Assembly (NCBI GenBank): GCA_944386675.1
Contig: CALXBY010000001.1
Location: 72,486 to 136,485, forward strand
DNA length: 64,000 nucleotides
Direction: 5' to 3'
Source of the DNA: an uncultured Clostridia bacterium
GTDB taxonomy: Bacteria; Bacillota; Clostridia; TANB77; CAG-508
Made by a program: the position numbers and the translations under genes. Shown here in pieces: positions 26,952 to 37,647 of the stretch. Every line of letters starts with the position of its first letter. The first letter of the stretch is position 1. A model generated the notes under the pieces. The model was not told the origin of the DNA, made no database searches, and worked only from the letters and a program-made list of their open reading frames with translations.

Positions 26952-27512
26952 TTATAACACGCCATTTGTAGGAATATAAGCATCATCTGGAGGATATACA
27001 TATTCTTCATTTGGTTTGTCAACTGTTTTTATTTCTTTTACTTTGACAATTGGCATATCACCATGGTAATTGCCTTTTGTAATTTCGCCAGTTAATTCTA
27101 CCCATGTTCCATTTTCAAAATCTTGTGCATTTTCATATTCACAAAGAAATCCTACAATTACATACTGAAAATCAGAGGAAATAATCATATCTCTAGCTAA
27201 TATAAATTGGGTATCAGTTAAATCTAATACACGATACACATATCCTGTAAATTTGATTTTTACACCAACATAAGTCTCAATATTTTCATGAACAGATTTT
27301 AAAACATTTGTATAGTTTTTTGTCGAAATTTCAGAAATTTCAGATTGAGGAACACAGCTAGAAACATTCCTATTATTTTTAGCACCTATAAATAATTTTA
27401 TGCTTACAAATATTAAAATTGCAATAATTAATAATACAATACCAGTAAAAATATATTTAAATAATTTACTTCCATTTACCTTAAAATTATAAATAAACAT
27501 GAATACCTCCAT
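26952..27512 (-). CDS. Membrane-anchored protein with a DUF1980/TIGR03943-like C-terminal domain
   Basis: It has one N-terminal TM helix. The C-terminal FTGYVYR...FILARDMI....VGFLCE...WVELTG...MPIVKV....P.EEYVYP follows the remembered TIGR03943 C-domain order, but the CCAAD motif is replaced by ISSDF. Confidence 0.45.
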   Translation of the reverse strand: MEVFMFIYNFKVNGSKLFKYIFTGIVLLIIAILIFVSIKLFIGAKNNRNVSSCVPQSEISEISTKNYTNVLKSVHENIETYVGVKIKFTGYVYRVLDLTDTQFILARDMIISSDFQYVIVGFLCEYENAQDFENGTWVELTGEITKGNYHGDMPIVKVKEIKTVDKPNEEYVYPPDDAYIPTNGVL

Positions 27513-27682
27513 TCAAACATAATGTTTCAGATTAACTATTAAAATATATGTAATAAAAAAAGGAATATGATAAATAAATATATTTGTTTTTCTAAATAAA
27601 TAGCCCTAAAAGACTTGATAAAAAAATATTTTAGTGATATAGTATCTAAGTAAAAAAATAAACTTAGGAGGACAGATTTGTA

Positions 27683-30427
27683 ATGGGATTATTTAAAACA
27701 TACAGTGAAAAAGAAGTAAAAAGAGTAAAGCCATTAGTTGCTAAAATCAATGCGCTTGAGGAAGAAATATCAAAATTAAGTGATAGTGAATTAAGAGGAA
27801 AAACAGATTACTTTAAAAAACAATTAGCAGATGGTAAAACCTTAGATGATATATTACCAGAGGCTTATGCGGTTGTTAGAGAAGCTTCTAAAAGAGTTTT
27901 AGGGATGAGACATTTTGACGTACAATTAATCGGTGGTATTGTCTTGCACCAAGGTAGAATTGCTGAAATGAAAACAGGTGAAGGAAAAACATTAGTTGCA
28001 ACATTACCTGTGTACTTAAATGCACTTGAAGGAAAAGGTGTACATGTAATTACAGTAAATGATTACTTAGCTAAAAGAGATAGTGAATGGATGGGAAAAT
28101 TATATAAATTCTTAGGACTATCTGTTGGATTAGTAATTAGCGGAATGGAACCTAAAGCAAAACAAGAAGCATACAATGCAGATGTAACTTATGGTACAAA
28201 TAATGAATTTGGATTTGATTACTTAAGAGATAATATGGTTATTTATAAAGATCAATTAGTACAAAGAGGACTACACTATGCTATTGTCGATGAAATTGAT
28301 AGTATTTTAATTGATGAGGCAAGAACACCACTTATTATTTCAGGTAGAGCAAATCAATCATCTGATTTATATAAAAAAGCTGATAATTTTGTAAAAAGAT
28401 TAACTCCAAAAGTTATTGTAGAAGAAGATGTTAAAAATTATGAGCAAGCAGAAGATAATGAAAAATATGACTATATTGTAGACTTAAAAGCAAAATCTGC
28501 ATCACTTACACAAAAGGGTATAAAAAAGGCAGAAGAAGCATTTGGGTTAGAAAACTTTAATGATTTAGAAAACTCAACATTAGTTCACCATGTTAACCAA
28601 GCTTTAAGAGCACATGGTGTTATGAAAAAAGATACTGATTACATTGTAAAAGATGGAGAAGTTTTAATTGTTGATGAATTTACAGGACGTATTATGTATG
28701 GAAGAAGATACAACAATGGACTACATCAAGCAATTGAAGCAAAAGAGCATGTAAAAATTGCAGACGAATCAAAAACATTGGCAACCATTACATTCCAAAA
28801 CTATTTTAGAATGTATGACAAATTATCTGGTATGACAGGTACAGCTATGACAGAAGAAGCAGAATTTGAGGAAATCTATAATTTAGATGTTGTAGAAATA
28901 CCTACAAACAAACCAATGATTCGTAAAGATGAAAATGATGTTATTTACAAAAATGAGAATGCAAAATTCAGAGCAATTGTAAAAAGTATTAAAGAAAGCC
29001 ATGAAAAAGGACAACCAGTTTTAGTAGGTACAGTTTCAATTGAAAAATCTGAAAAATTGAGTAAACTATTAAAACAAGAAGGTATTAAACATGAAGTATT
29101 AAATGCAAAATACCATGAGAAAGAAGCAGAAATTGTTGCACAAGCTGGTAAATTTGGAGCAGTAACGATTGCTACAAACATGGCAGGACGTGGTACTGAT
29201 ATTATCTTAGGTGGAAATAGTGAATTTTTAGCAAAAGAAGAAATGAGAAGAAAGAAAATGCCTCATGAACTAATCGAAGAAGCAAATACTTACTATGAAA
29301 CAGAGGATGAGGAAATATTAAAGGCTAGAAAAGAATTTAAAACGTTAGTTGATAAATATGAAGAACAAATCAAAGAAGAAAAAGAAAAGGTAATCCAAGC
29401 TGGTGGATTAAAAATTATTGGAACAGAAAGACATGAATCTAGAAGAATTGATAACCAGTTAAGAGGACGTTCTGGACGTCAAGGTGATATTGGTGAATCT
29501 AAATTCTATATTGCACTTGATGATGATTTGATGAAAATATTTGGTGGAGATACCATTACAAAAGTATATAATTCATTAGGTGCAGATGAAAATATGCCAA
29601 TTGATTCTAAAATTATATCTAGAGCAGTAGAAAATGCCCAAAAGAAAGTTGAAGGAAGAAACTTTACAATCCGTAAAAATGTATTAAAATATGATGATGT
29701 TATGAATGCACAAAGAGAAATCATTTATGCACAAAGACGTGAAGTGTTAGACGGTGAAAATATTCATGATAATATTATGGACATGATAAGTGCGGTTGCA
29801 GAGGCTACTGTTCAAATGTATATAGAACCAGAAAAGAATGAAGTAAATGTAGAAGCATTAAACCAAGAAATTTTAAATACATATGGAATTGACATGTTAC
29901 CATATATTAAAGACCATATTTCAGAGCCTGAAAAAATTTCTGAGGAATTAATCAAACAAGCAAATGCAAAATACACAGAAAAAGAAACAGCAATTGGTTC
30001 TGAACAAATGAGAGAACTTGAAAGAGTTGTTATGCTTAAAGTTGTAGATGAAAAATGGATGAACCACATAGATAGTATGGATGAGTTAAAAAATGGTATA
30101 GGACTTCGTGCTTATGGTCAGCAAGATCCTGTTGTAAAATACAGAATCGAAGGTATGGACATGTTTGAAGAAATGGTTTCAGATATTAAAGTAGATGTAA
30201 CTAAAATTTTAATGAATATCCGTCAGCAAGAAGAAGCTAAAAGACAAGAAACTGTTAAAATTACAGGAGCAGCATTAGAAGCAATTCATAGTGTTGATGG
30301 AGGAGCCAAAATTGGAACAGATGTTGATAGAACAGTTAAAAATGACGGACCAAAAGTAGGAAGAAATGATCCATGTCCATGTGGTAGTGGTAAGAAATAT
30401 AAAAATTGCTGTGGAAGAAATGCTTAA
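27683..30427 (+). CDS. secA: Preprotein translocase ATPase SecA
   Basis: [14 protein letters not shown], the [23 protein letters not shown]-like motor and the C-terminal zinc tail [14 protein letters not shown] are present. 914 aa. Confidence 0.97.
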   Translation: MGLFKTYSEKEVKRVKPLVAKINALEEEISKLSDSELRGKTDYFKKQLADGKTLDDILPEAYAVVREASKRVLGMRHFDVQLIGGIVLHQGRIAEMKTGEGKTLVATLPVYLNALEGKGVHVITVNDYLAKRDSEWMGKLYKFLGLSVGLVISGMEPKAKQEAYNADVTYGTNNEFGFDYLRDNMVIYKDQLVQRGLHYAIVDEIDSILIDEARTPLIISGRANQSSDLYKKADNFVKRLTPKVIVEEDVKNYEQAEDNEKYDYIVDLKAKSASLTQKGIKKAEEAFGLENFNDLENSTLVHHVNQALRAHGVMKKDTDYIVKDGEVLIVDEFTGRIMYGRRYNNGLHQAIEAKEHVKIADESKTLATITFQNYFRMYDKLSGMTGTAMTEEAEFEEIYNLDVVEIPTNKPMIRKDENDVIYKNENAKFRAIVKSIKESHEKGQPVLVGTVSIEKSEKLSKLLKQEGIKHEVLNAKYHEKEAEIVAQAGKFGAVTIATNMAGRGTDIILGGNSEFLAKEEMRRKKMPHELIEEANTYYETEDEEILKARKEFKTLVDKYEEQIKEEKEKVIQAGGLKIIGTERHESRRIDNQLRGRSGRQGDIGESKFYIALDDDLMKIFGGDTITKVYNSLGADENMPIDSKIISRAVENAQKKVEGRNFTIRKNVLKYDDVMNAQREIIYAQRREVLDGENIHDNIMDMISAVAEATVQMYIEPEKNEVNVEALNQEILNTYGIDMLPYIKDHISEPEKISEELIKQANAKYTEKETAIGSEQMRELERVVMLKVVDEKWMNHIDSMDELKNGIGLRAYGQQDPVVKYRIEGMDMFEEMVSDIKVDVTKILMNIRQQEEAKRQETVKITGAALEAIHSVDGGAKIGTDVDRTVKNDGPKVGRNDPCPCGSGKKYKNCCGRNA

Positions 30428-30441
30428 ATAATAAAAATATA

Positions 30442-30476
30442 AAAAGTTCGCAATTTATAAAAATGTGAACTTTTTT
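30442..30476 (+). terminator. Rho-independent terminator
   Basis: AAAAGTTCGCA pairs with TGTGAACTTTT, followed by a T-run. Confidence 0.65.
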
Positions 30477-30500
30477 GAAATAGGAAGGACAAGTTAAACA

Positions 30501-31038
30501 ATGGGGGATATAAATGTATTTTCAGGTCCAATGAAATGTGGAAAAAGTATGCAAATAATCAATGAATTTAATAGACAATTAGTTACAGGTAAGAATGTAA
30601 TGATTTTCAAACCAAAAATAGATGATAGAATGGGTTCTAATCTTATAGGAACAAGAGATGGAAAAAAGATTGAAGCCAATAACATTGAAACAATTAATGA
30701 ATTACAAAACTATAATGCAGACATATTTTTTATAGATGAATTTCAATTTTTAGATGGAGATGTTAAAGTTATAGAAGAAATGGCAGAAAAGGGAAAGAAA
30801 TTTTTCATTGCAGGTTTGAATTTAACTTCTGAGAAAAAACCATTTGGAAAAATGGGAGATTTACTTTGCATTGCCGATAATGTAAAAATGATGACTTCTA
30901 TTTGTGAAATATGCAAAAATGATAATGCTGTTTATTCATATTTTAAAGGAAATAAAACTGAAGATATTGCTATTCGGAGACAAAGAATATATACCTGTAT
31001 GCAGAAAATGTTATGAAAATTTAACTAGAAATAAATAA
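30501..31038 (+). CDS. tdk: Thymidine kinase with an apparent +1 frame break at 30975
   Basis: The P-loop is GPMKCGKS. Frame 0 ends aberrantly (AIRRQRIYTCMQKML*). Skipping C30975 gives AIGDKEYIPVCRKCYENLTRNK*, the conserved TK zinc-ribbon C-terminus. Confidence 0.8.
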
Positions 31039-31042
31039 TATA

Positions 31043-31082
31043 AAAAAGCTCATTATTTTCTTAGAAAAATAAGAGCTTTTTT
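31043..31082 (+). terminator. Rho-independent terminator
   Basis: AAAAAGCTCATTATTTTC pairs imperfectly with GAAAAATAAGAGCTTTTT, followed by a T-run. Confidence 0.6.
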
Positions 31083-31209
31083 AATTATTGGTATTGACCA
31101 CAAGAATAAGTTTTTTAGATAAGCAATAAATTACTGTATTTCTTTTGCAATTAGATGAAAAATATAGTAAAATAAATAAAATGAATATTAATGGTAGGAG
31201 TGTGATAAA

Positions 31210-32311
31210 ATGTTAGAATTAGAAGAAAATTCAAGACTTCTAAAAACTTTAGAAGAAAAATTACAAGATTTGGGTGAGTCACTTTGACATTTCTAAATTA
31301 GAAAATGAATTACAAGATTTAGAGGCTGAAACTTTAAAAGAAGACTTCTGGCAAGATACTAAGCATTCTAATAAGGTATTAGCAAAAATTAAAAGTATCA
31401 AAAACAAAGTAAATGAATATAGAAAAATAGAAAGCGAGATACAAAATTTAAGCGAATTAACAGAATTAACAAACATAGAACCTGACGAAGAAATTGCGAA
31501 AGATATTATAAAAAGTACAAAGAATTTAGAAAAAGAATTAGAAAAACTAGAAATTGCAACATTATTATCTGGTAAATATGATAGCAATAATGCAATTGTA
31601 ACGATTCATCCTGGAGCAGGAGGAACTGAATCTCAAGACTGGGCAGAAATGCTATATAGAATGTATACTAGATGGGCAGATAAAAATGGATATACTGTAA
31701 CAGAACTAGATTACTTAGAAGGTGAAGAAGCAGGAATAAAAAGTGTAACTTTTGAAATTATTGGTGAATATGCTTATGGATATATGAAAGGGGAGATGGG
31801 GGTTCATAGACTAGTTAGAATTTCTCCATTTGATAGCGGAGGAAGAAGACATACCTCATTTGCTTCTGTAGAAGTTTTGCCTGAAATTACAGATGATATT
31901 GAAATTGATATTAATCCAGACGACTTAAGAATTGACACATATAGAGCATCTGGTGCAGGTGGTCAACATATTAATAAAACATCATCTGCTGTAAGAATTA
32001 CACATATACCAACCAATATTGTTGTTGCTTGTCAATCTGAGCGCTCTCAAATTCAAAACAGAGAAACAGCTATGAAGATGCTAAAATCAAAATTGTTTGA
32101 CTTAAAAGAAAAAGAACATAAAGAGAAGATAGAAGACTTAAAAGGAGAACAAAGAGAAATCGCTTGGGGAAGTCAAATTCGTTCCTATGTATTTTGTCCA
32201 TATACAATGGTAAAAGACCATCGAACAAATTATGAGGTAGGAAATGTAGAAGCTGTTATGGATGGAAAAATTGACGATTTTATGGAAAGCTATTTGAAAT
32301 ATTGCAAATAA
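31210..32311 (+). CDS. prfB: Peptide chain release factor 2 with the canonical programmed +1 frameshift
   Basis: ORF0 runs from ATG 31210 to CTT TGA C (31282..31288). Skipping T31285 joins it to the 31286..32311 frame. SPF (RISPFDS) and GGQ (GAGGQHINK) motifs are present. Confidence 0.95.
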
Positions 32312-32350
32312 TTTGACATATTTAAACACAATCGAATATAATAGTAAGGA

Positions 32351-32377
32351 GTTAAATTTAAATAAATTTAACTTTTT
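32351..32377 (+). terminator. Rho-independent terminator
   Basis: GTTAAATTTA pairs with TAAATTTAAC, followed by TTTTT. Confidence 0.6.
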
Positions 32378-32403
32378 ATTATGAAATAAAGAAGGTGCTC
32401 AAT

Positions 32404-33378
32404 ATGGAAGACATAATTGTACTAAAGTTTGGAGGTAGTTCTGTTTCAAATAATGAAAACTTAAGAATCGTTGCAAACAAGATCATTGATTTCAAAAATA
32501 ACACTAAAAACATAGTTGTTATTTTATCAGCACAAGGAAAAACAACAGATAAGCTTATAAATGAAGCTTATGAATTAACTGAGGAGGTTAATAAAAGAGA
32601 ATTAGATGCATTGGTTAGCTGTGGTGAACAAATGTCATCTGCCAAATTAAGTATTTTATTAAATAGTTTAGGATTTCCTGCAGTATCACTAACAGGATGG
32701 CAAGCTGGTATTTATACGAACAATACAAATCAAGATGCATTAATTGAAACTATTAATACCAAAAGAATATGTTCAGAACTAGAAAGTGGAAATATTGTTA
32801 TTATAACAGGATTTCAAGGAATTAATGAAAATCTAGACATAACAACTTTTGGTAGAGGTGGTTCTGACACAACAGCAGTTGCAGTTGCAGCAGCCCTAAA
32901 AGCAAAAAATTGTTACATTTTTTCTGATGTAGATGGAATATACTCATCAGATCCCAATAAAGTTCAAGGAACTAAAAAATTAACAAAACTTTCTTATGAT
33001 GAAATGTTACAGTTATCAAATGAAGGAGCAAAAGTCTTACACAATCGTTGCATTGAAATTGGTGAAAAATATAAAATACCAATTATTACAAAATCCACAT
33101 TTAATGATAATTATGGCACAGTCATTTCTGATGAAAAAATAGAAAAAGATGAAATCAAAAGTATCATAAAAAAAGATATTTCAAGAATATCTATAGTAGG
33201 AAATGGAATTATTAGAAATACAGACGCTATCACTAAAACACTTCACTATATCAAACAAAATAAATTAGAAATGTTAGAATTCAATGTCTCTGAAAGTAAA
33301 ATTTCTGTTACTTTTAAAACTTTTGTTAGTGATAAAGTATTAGAAGAATTGCATAAAGAGATATTTGCAAATAAATAA
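32404..33378 (+). CDS. Aspartate kinase (short form)
   Basis: The ATG at 32404 has SD AAGAAGGTG upstream. The N-terminus reads IVLKFGGSSV. FGRGGSDTTAVAVAAAL and a C-terminal ACT-like region are present. Confidence 0.8.
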   Translation: MEDIIVLKFGGSSVSNNENLRIVANKIIDFKNNTKNIVVILSAQGKTTDKLINEAYELTEEVNKRELDALVSCGEQMSSAKLSILLNSLGFPAVSLTGWQAGIYTNNTNQDALIETINTKRICSELESGNIVIITGFQGINENLDITTFGRGGSDTTAVAVAAALKAKNCYIFSDVDGIYSSDPNKVQGTKKLTKLSYDEMLQLSNEGAKVLHNRCIEIGEKYKIPIITKSTFNDNYGTVISDEKIEKDEIKSIIKKDISRISIVGNGIIRNTDAITKTLHYIKQNKLEMLEFNVSESKISVTFKTFVSDKVLEELHKEIFANK

Positions 33379-33382
33379 TCAA

Positions 33383-33418
33383 AAAATAGGATTACTATCT
33401 AGTAATTCTATTTTTTTG
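33383..33418 (+). terminator. Rho-independent terminator
   Basis: ATAGGATTACT pairs with AGTAATTCTAT, followed by a T-run. Confidence 0.65.
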
Positions 33419-33482
33419 TTAGTTCTAAAATAGACAACCTTTGAATATATATAATTTAGATTAAAAATTTGGAGGTATTCAT

Positions 33483-33779
33483 ATGACGGTAGATGAAAGA
33501 AAAACAATTAATACTGCTGTAGTTCAAAATTTAATATTAGAAAATAGAGGAAAATTAAGTATATCAGGGGTGTTAGATGTATTAAGCTTTGATGATCAGG
33601 TTATTATGGTTGAAACAGAGCTAGGATTATTAACAATAAAAGGAGAAGGTCTTCGAATAACAAAGTTAAGTATTGACACTTCTGAAGTTATTGTAGAAGG
33701 AAACATATCTTATCTCGCATACAGCAATAAAGAGGTGGAAAAAAACAAGGGTAGTATTATTAGTAAAATATTTAAATAA
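33483..33779 (+). CDS. yabP: Sporulation protein YabP
   Basis: NLILENRGKLSISGVLDVLSFDDQVIMVETELGLLTIKGEGLRITKL matches the YabP core. It is followed by yabQ and divIC, as in other spore-formers. Confidence 0.85.
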   Translation: MTVDERKTINTAVVQNLILENRGKLSISGVLDVLSFDDQVIMVETELGLLTIKGEGLRITKLSIDTSEVIVEGNISYLAYSNKEVEKNKGSIISKIFK

Positions 33780-33800
33780 ATTTTTAAGTAGGTGAAAATA

Positions 33801-34298
33801 ATGATTAATGCACAATTTCATTTATTCTTAATATTTATTATAAATGGATTTATCATTGGTTTATTATTCGATTTTTTTAGAATACTAAGAAAATCAATAA
33901 AAACAGCAGATTTTATTACTTATGTAGAAGACGCATTATTTTGGATTTTAAGTGGATTTATTATATTATATAGTATATTTACATATAATAATGGTGAAAT
34001 TCGATTATATATGTTTCTAGCAATTATTCTAGGAATTTTAATATATATATTTTTCATAAGCAAATTTATATTAAAAATCAGCTTATTAATTATAAACTTT
34101 TTTAAGAACATATTTTTAAAAATATTTAACGTATTAAAAATTCCCTTTCATTTCTTATTAAAATTGATTAGAAAAATCTTTTTTAATCCTATATCCTTTA
34201 TTATTATAAATATGCGAAATTTTTTTACGAAATTATTACATAATTTTTCTAAAAAAACCAAAATATCTACTAAATTTGTAAAAAATACAAAAAATTAG
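33801..34298 (+). CDS. yabQ: Spore cortex biosynthesis protein YabQ
   Basis: It sits right after yabP. It is a small multi-TM protein (FLIFIINGFIIGLLFDFFRILRK). The ATG at 33801 has SD GGTGA; a GTG at 33792 is an alternative start. Confidence 0.7.
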   Translation: MINAQFHLFLIFIINGFIIGLLFDFFRILRKSIKTADFITYVEDALFWILSGFIILYSIFTYNNGEIRLYMFLAIILGILIYIFFISKFILKISLLIINFFKNIFLKIFNVLKIPFHFLLKLIRKIFFNPISFIIINMRNFFTKLLHNFSKKTKISTKFVKNTKN

Positions 34299-34363
34299 AA
34301 GGATTTCTATAAAATATGTAGAATAATATATATGTGAAACTTTTAATAAATTGGAGTGTACTT

Positions 34364-34639
34364 ATGAAAAAAAATAAAAAAATCTTAAAAAATATATTTA
34401 TAATAGCAATTATTATTTATATTGTTTTTATATTTATCAATCAACAAAAAACATTAAATGAATATAGTAAAAATACTGAAGAATTAAATCAACAAATAGC
34501 TACGGAAAAAGCTACTAACGAAGAACTAAATCAGAAAAAAGAAGATGTTAATTCATTAGAATTTATAGAGGAAATGGCTAGAGAAAAACTAGATATGTAT
34601 CATCCAAATGAAAGAGTATATGTAGATCAAGGAATGTAG
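34364..34639 (+). CDS. divIC: Septum formation initiator (FtsB/DivIC family)
   Basis: One N-terminal TM helix, then a coiled coil, then the C-terminal EEMAREKLDMYHPNERVY motif. Synteny after yabPQ supports the call. Confidence 0.75.
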   Translation: MKKNKKILKNIFIIAIIIYIVFIFINQQKTLNEYSKNTEELNQQIATEKATNEELNQKKEDVNSLEFIEEMAREKLDMYHPNERVYVDQGM

Positions 34640-34778
34640 TCTTTTAGATTATATTCCTTTTTTTGGAAAATTTTGTTTATTTTTTTCATATTTTATGTTA
34701 TAATATGATTTGTATTAAATTCGTTTTTTATTCCCATAAATATTTTAAAATTTTAATTATATATAATTAGGAGGTTTT

Positions 34779-36158
34779 ATGTTAGATTTAGAATCAATGA
34801 GTTTAGCCGAATTAAAAAAAATGGCAAAAGAACAAAATATTAAAAATATCTCAAAATTAAAAAAAGAAGAAATTATAAAAGTTTTAAAACAAATTTTAAG
34901 TGTATCAGTTGCCTATAAAGAAGATATAGAAGATGAAGAGAATCTAGATGACAATAGTGATGAAGCAAAAAAGGAAACTATAGAACGACAATATGATGAA
35001 AACGGAGAACCAATTGTAGATTACAAATTAACTAATGAAGGGGATGAAATTGTCGAGGGTATATTAGATATTATGCCTGACGGATATGGTTTTCTAAGGG
35101 GAGATAACTATTTATCTAGCGAAAAAGATGTCTATATTTCTATGGTTCAAATAAGAAGATTTAGATTGGATACAGGAGATATTATTAAAGGAATTTCTAG
35201 ATTTAGAGAAGGTGAAAAATTCCCTTCATTAATTTTTGTTGGAGAAGTAAATGGAGAACATCCTGAAAAAGCTATAAAGAGAAAAAGATTTGATGAATTA
35301 ATTCCTATCTATCCAAATGAAAAATTAAAACTAGAAACTGTTCAAAATGATTATGCAACCAGAATTATAGATTTAATGTGCCCTATTGGAAAAGGTCAAA
35401 GAGGAATGATTGTAGCACCTCCAAAAGTAGGAAAAACAACATTATTAAAAAAAGTAGCTAACAGCATTAGCCAAAACAATCCAGAAGTAGAATTAATTGT
35501 ACTTTTAATAGATGAAAGACCAGAAGAAGTTACAGATATGAAACGTTCAATTAAAGGTCAAGTTATTCATTCAACATTTGATGAATTACCAGAACATCAC
35601 GTAAAAGTTGCTGAAATGGTTTTAGCAAGGGCTAAAAGACTAATTGAACAAGGAAAAGATGTTGTTATTTTATTAGATAGTATTACCAGATTAACAAGAG
35701 CATATAACCTTGTAATTCCTTCTTCAGGTAGAACCTTATCAGGTGGTATAGACCCTGCTGCATTACATAAACCTAAAAAGTTTTTTGGGGCTGCAAGAAA
35801 TATTGAAAATGGTGGAAGCCTAACAATATTGGCAACAGCTTTAATTGATACAGGTAGTAGGATGGATGATGTTATATTTGAAGAATTTAAAGGTACAGGT
35901 AATATGGAAGTTCATCTAGATAGAAAATTGTCTGAAAGAAGAATATTCCCTGCAATCGATATAAATAAATCAGGAACACGAAGAGAAGATTTATTGTTAA
36001 CACCAACAGAAAGAGAAACCGTATTTGCATTAAGAAAAGCAATGAATACAATGCCTGTTGCTGAAGTAACTGAGCAAGTTATTAGTGAAATGACAAAAAC
36101 TAAAAATAATCAAGAATTTATTGAAAAAATGGATTCCTATTTACAAAGATTTAAATAA
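34779..36158 (+). CDS. rho: Transcription termination factor Rho
   Basis: A Rho N-terminal SAP-like motif ([15 protein letters not shown]), a cold-shock-like RNA-binding domain (GYGFLR), the P-loop [18 protein letters not shown] and an inserted acidic N-terminal region are present. Confidence 0.96.
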   Translation: MLDLESMSLAELKKMAKEQNIKNISKLKKEEIIKVLKQILSVSVAYKEDIEDEENLDDNSDEAKKETIERQYDENGEPIVDYKLTNEGDEIVEGILDIMPDGYGFLRGDNYLSSEKDVYISMVQIRRFRLDTGDIIKGISRFREGEKFPSLIFVGEVNGEHPEKAIKRKRFDELIPIYPNEKLKLETVQNDYATRIIDLMCPIGKGQRGMIVAPPKVGKTTLLKKVANSISQNNPEVELIVLLIDERPEEVTDMKRSIKGQVIHSTFDELPEHHVKVAEMVLARAKRLIEQGKDVVILLDSITRLTRAYNLVIPSSGRTLSGGIDPAALHKPKKFFGAARNIENGGSLTILATALIDTGSRMDDVIFEEFKGTGNMEVHLDRKLSERRIFPAIDINKSGTRREDLLLTPTERETVFALRKAMNTMPVAEVTEQVISEMTKTKNNQEFIEKMDSYLQRFK

Positions 36159-36165
36159 AAAAGTT

Positions 36166-36198
36166 AAAAGTAACTTTATAGGTTACTTTTCTTTTTTT
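36166..36198 (+). terminator. Rho-independent terminator
   Basis: AAAAGTAAC pairs with GTTACTTTT with a 7-nt loop, followed by a T-rich run. Confidence 0.7.
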
Positions 36199-36352
36199 AC
36201 AAAAACATATAAAAGGGAAGGTAAGAATTTTAACTAATAAAAATAAAATACATATATAAGAAAAAATAGAAATAAAAGTATTTTAAATCATTTATAATTA
36301 AAAAAGAGAGAAGAACTAATAAGAGTAAAGGTAGTATTTATTAAAATATAAC

Positions 36353-36444
36353 ATTGCACAAAATCAATCTTTTGTGCAAAAAGAGATAGGAGCATAATAT
36401 AAAACAGCCACAAACCTCTACTTCTACTAATTCAAGGCTTTTAG
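36353..36444. repeat. Copy 1 of a diverged ~92-97-nt direct repeat (ATTGCACAAAAT ... CAAGGCTTTTAG)
   Basis: It shares the 12-mers ATTGCACAAAAT (36353) and CAAGGCTTTTAG (36433) with copy 2, at nearly the same spacing (80 vs 85 nt). It also has a CTCTAC-rich segment before the second 12-mer. Confidence 0.6.
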
Positions 36445-37197
36445 CTGTTCTATACATACTAATATTCATTTATATATCTTTATTTTCTTATTATATTTAT
36501 ATTATATTCATTATTATTATAATCTTTTGTATTATAGTTATATCAATATTCTTATGACTTATTAAAATCAATTTTAAGACATTTTTTTATTTTACTTATA
36601 TAACTTGTTATCTGATTTATTTTTAATCTGTTATTTTAATTTGTATCTATAAAATTTTTTTCATTATATAAATTATTTCTTTATAATATGAAAAATTTTT
36701 CAAAAATCTCCAAAGTGCCTATTTCTCCACATTTGCCTTATTTTACAGACAACAAACTATATGCTTAAAAAATAAAAACGGCTTAAAATCGATTCTCGTG
36801 CGTCACATTTTTGGCACTTTTTTGCATATCTATATATGATAGTAGTTTCTTCAAAAAAATCTACTTTTTAATGATAATTTTCTAAAATCAATATTTAACC
36901 TAAAATTTTAAACAAGTAATTTATCAATCTAAAAATAAAAATTGCTTAAAAACGATTTTGAACTTAATGAAACAATAATTTAATTAAAATATTTTATAAA
37001 TTCTATAAAAAATCACTAAATAACAAATGTTCGTTTTTTGATATTACAATGTTTGTATTACAAGATTATAATTTTTAAAATTCTAAATATTTATAAATTA
37101 TAATTTTAAAATTTTATACATTAGTTTTTTAATCCTAAAATTTATTTTTTATTAAAAAAAGTTTTACTTATAAAATTTATTATTAGTTAAATAGAAG

Positions 37198-37294
37198 ATT
37201 GCACAAAATTTTATTTAGTATTTTTTCATAATTTTTATATATTAAAAAATGTGATATCCCCCCTACTCTACCGTACTTAAAGCAAGGCTTTTAG
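37198..37294. repeat. Copy 2 of the diverged direct repeat; it also carries CCGTACTTAAA
   Basis: ATTGCACAAAAT lies at 37198, CCGTACTTAAA at 37271..37281 and CAAGGCTTTTAG at 37283..37294. Confidence 0.6.
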
Positions 37295-37369
37295 ATTATT
37301 GTCAATTATTAAAACGATTGATTATACTATATTTTATAAAATTCTCTTAACATATACTCAAGAATCTTT

Positions 37370-37639
37370 TTATTTATCAGAAAATTTTTTATTTAATCTT
37401 TCTTTCAATAAAGGTAATGCTTCGGTTATCCAAAATCCACCGCATATACCACCAGAAGTCATACCACCATGTTCAAATTTTTCACATTTACCAATGCTTT
37501 CTTTAGTAAGTTCAACTCCAGTCAATTTTAAATGTTCTTCTTTAATAATTTTTTCTAGTTCATCATAATTAAATGGTAATTTATAATTATCAAATATTTT
37601 TTCTAAATAATCCCAAAATTTCTTAATATTTTATGTCAT
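37370..37639 (-). pseudogene. Small Cys/Gly-motif ORF interrupted by TAA at codon 3
   Basis: The minus strand reads ATG ACA TAA and then an open 86-codon frame: NIKKFWDYLEKIFDNYKLPFNYDELEKIIKEEHLKLTGVELTKESIGKCEKFEHGGMTSGGICGGFWITEALPLLKERLNKKFSDK*. The motif vaguely recalls the C_GCAxxG_C_C family. It begins 8 nt after the AAA gene stop. Confidence 0.35.
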
Positions 37640-37647
37640 ACAAATTA

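Noticed and set aside
36199-37369. A CRISPR array, rRNA or tRNA hidden in the ORF-free stretch.
   Set aside because: There are no regularly spaced 24-40-nt direct repeats. Only two-copy imperfect repeats at irregular spacing are present. I saw no GC-rich cloverleaf or rRNA-like segments.
37299-37568. The 89-aa plus-strand ORF from the track.
   Set aside because: It has odd composition and no SD. The opposite strand carries a more coding-like frame with a recognisable Cys/Gly motif.
36199-37640. A chromosomal origin with DnaA boxes in the AT-rich region.
   Set aside because: I found only one near-match to TTATCCACA (TTATCCAAA near 37425, inside the small ORF). There is no box cluster and no dnaA or dnaN nearby.
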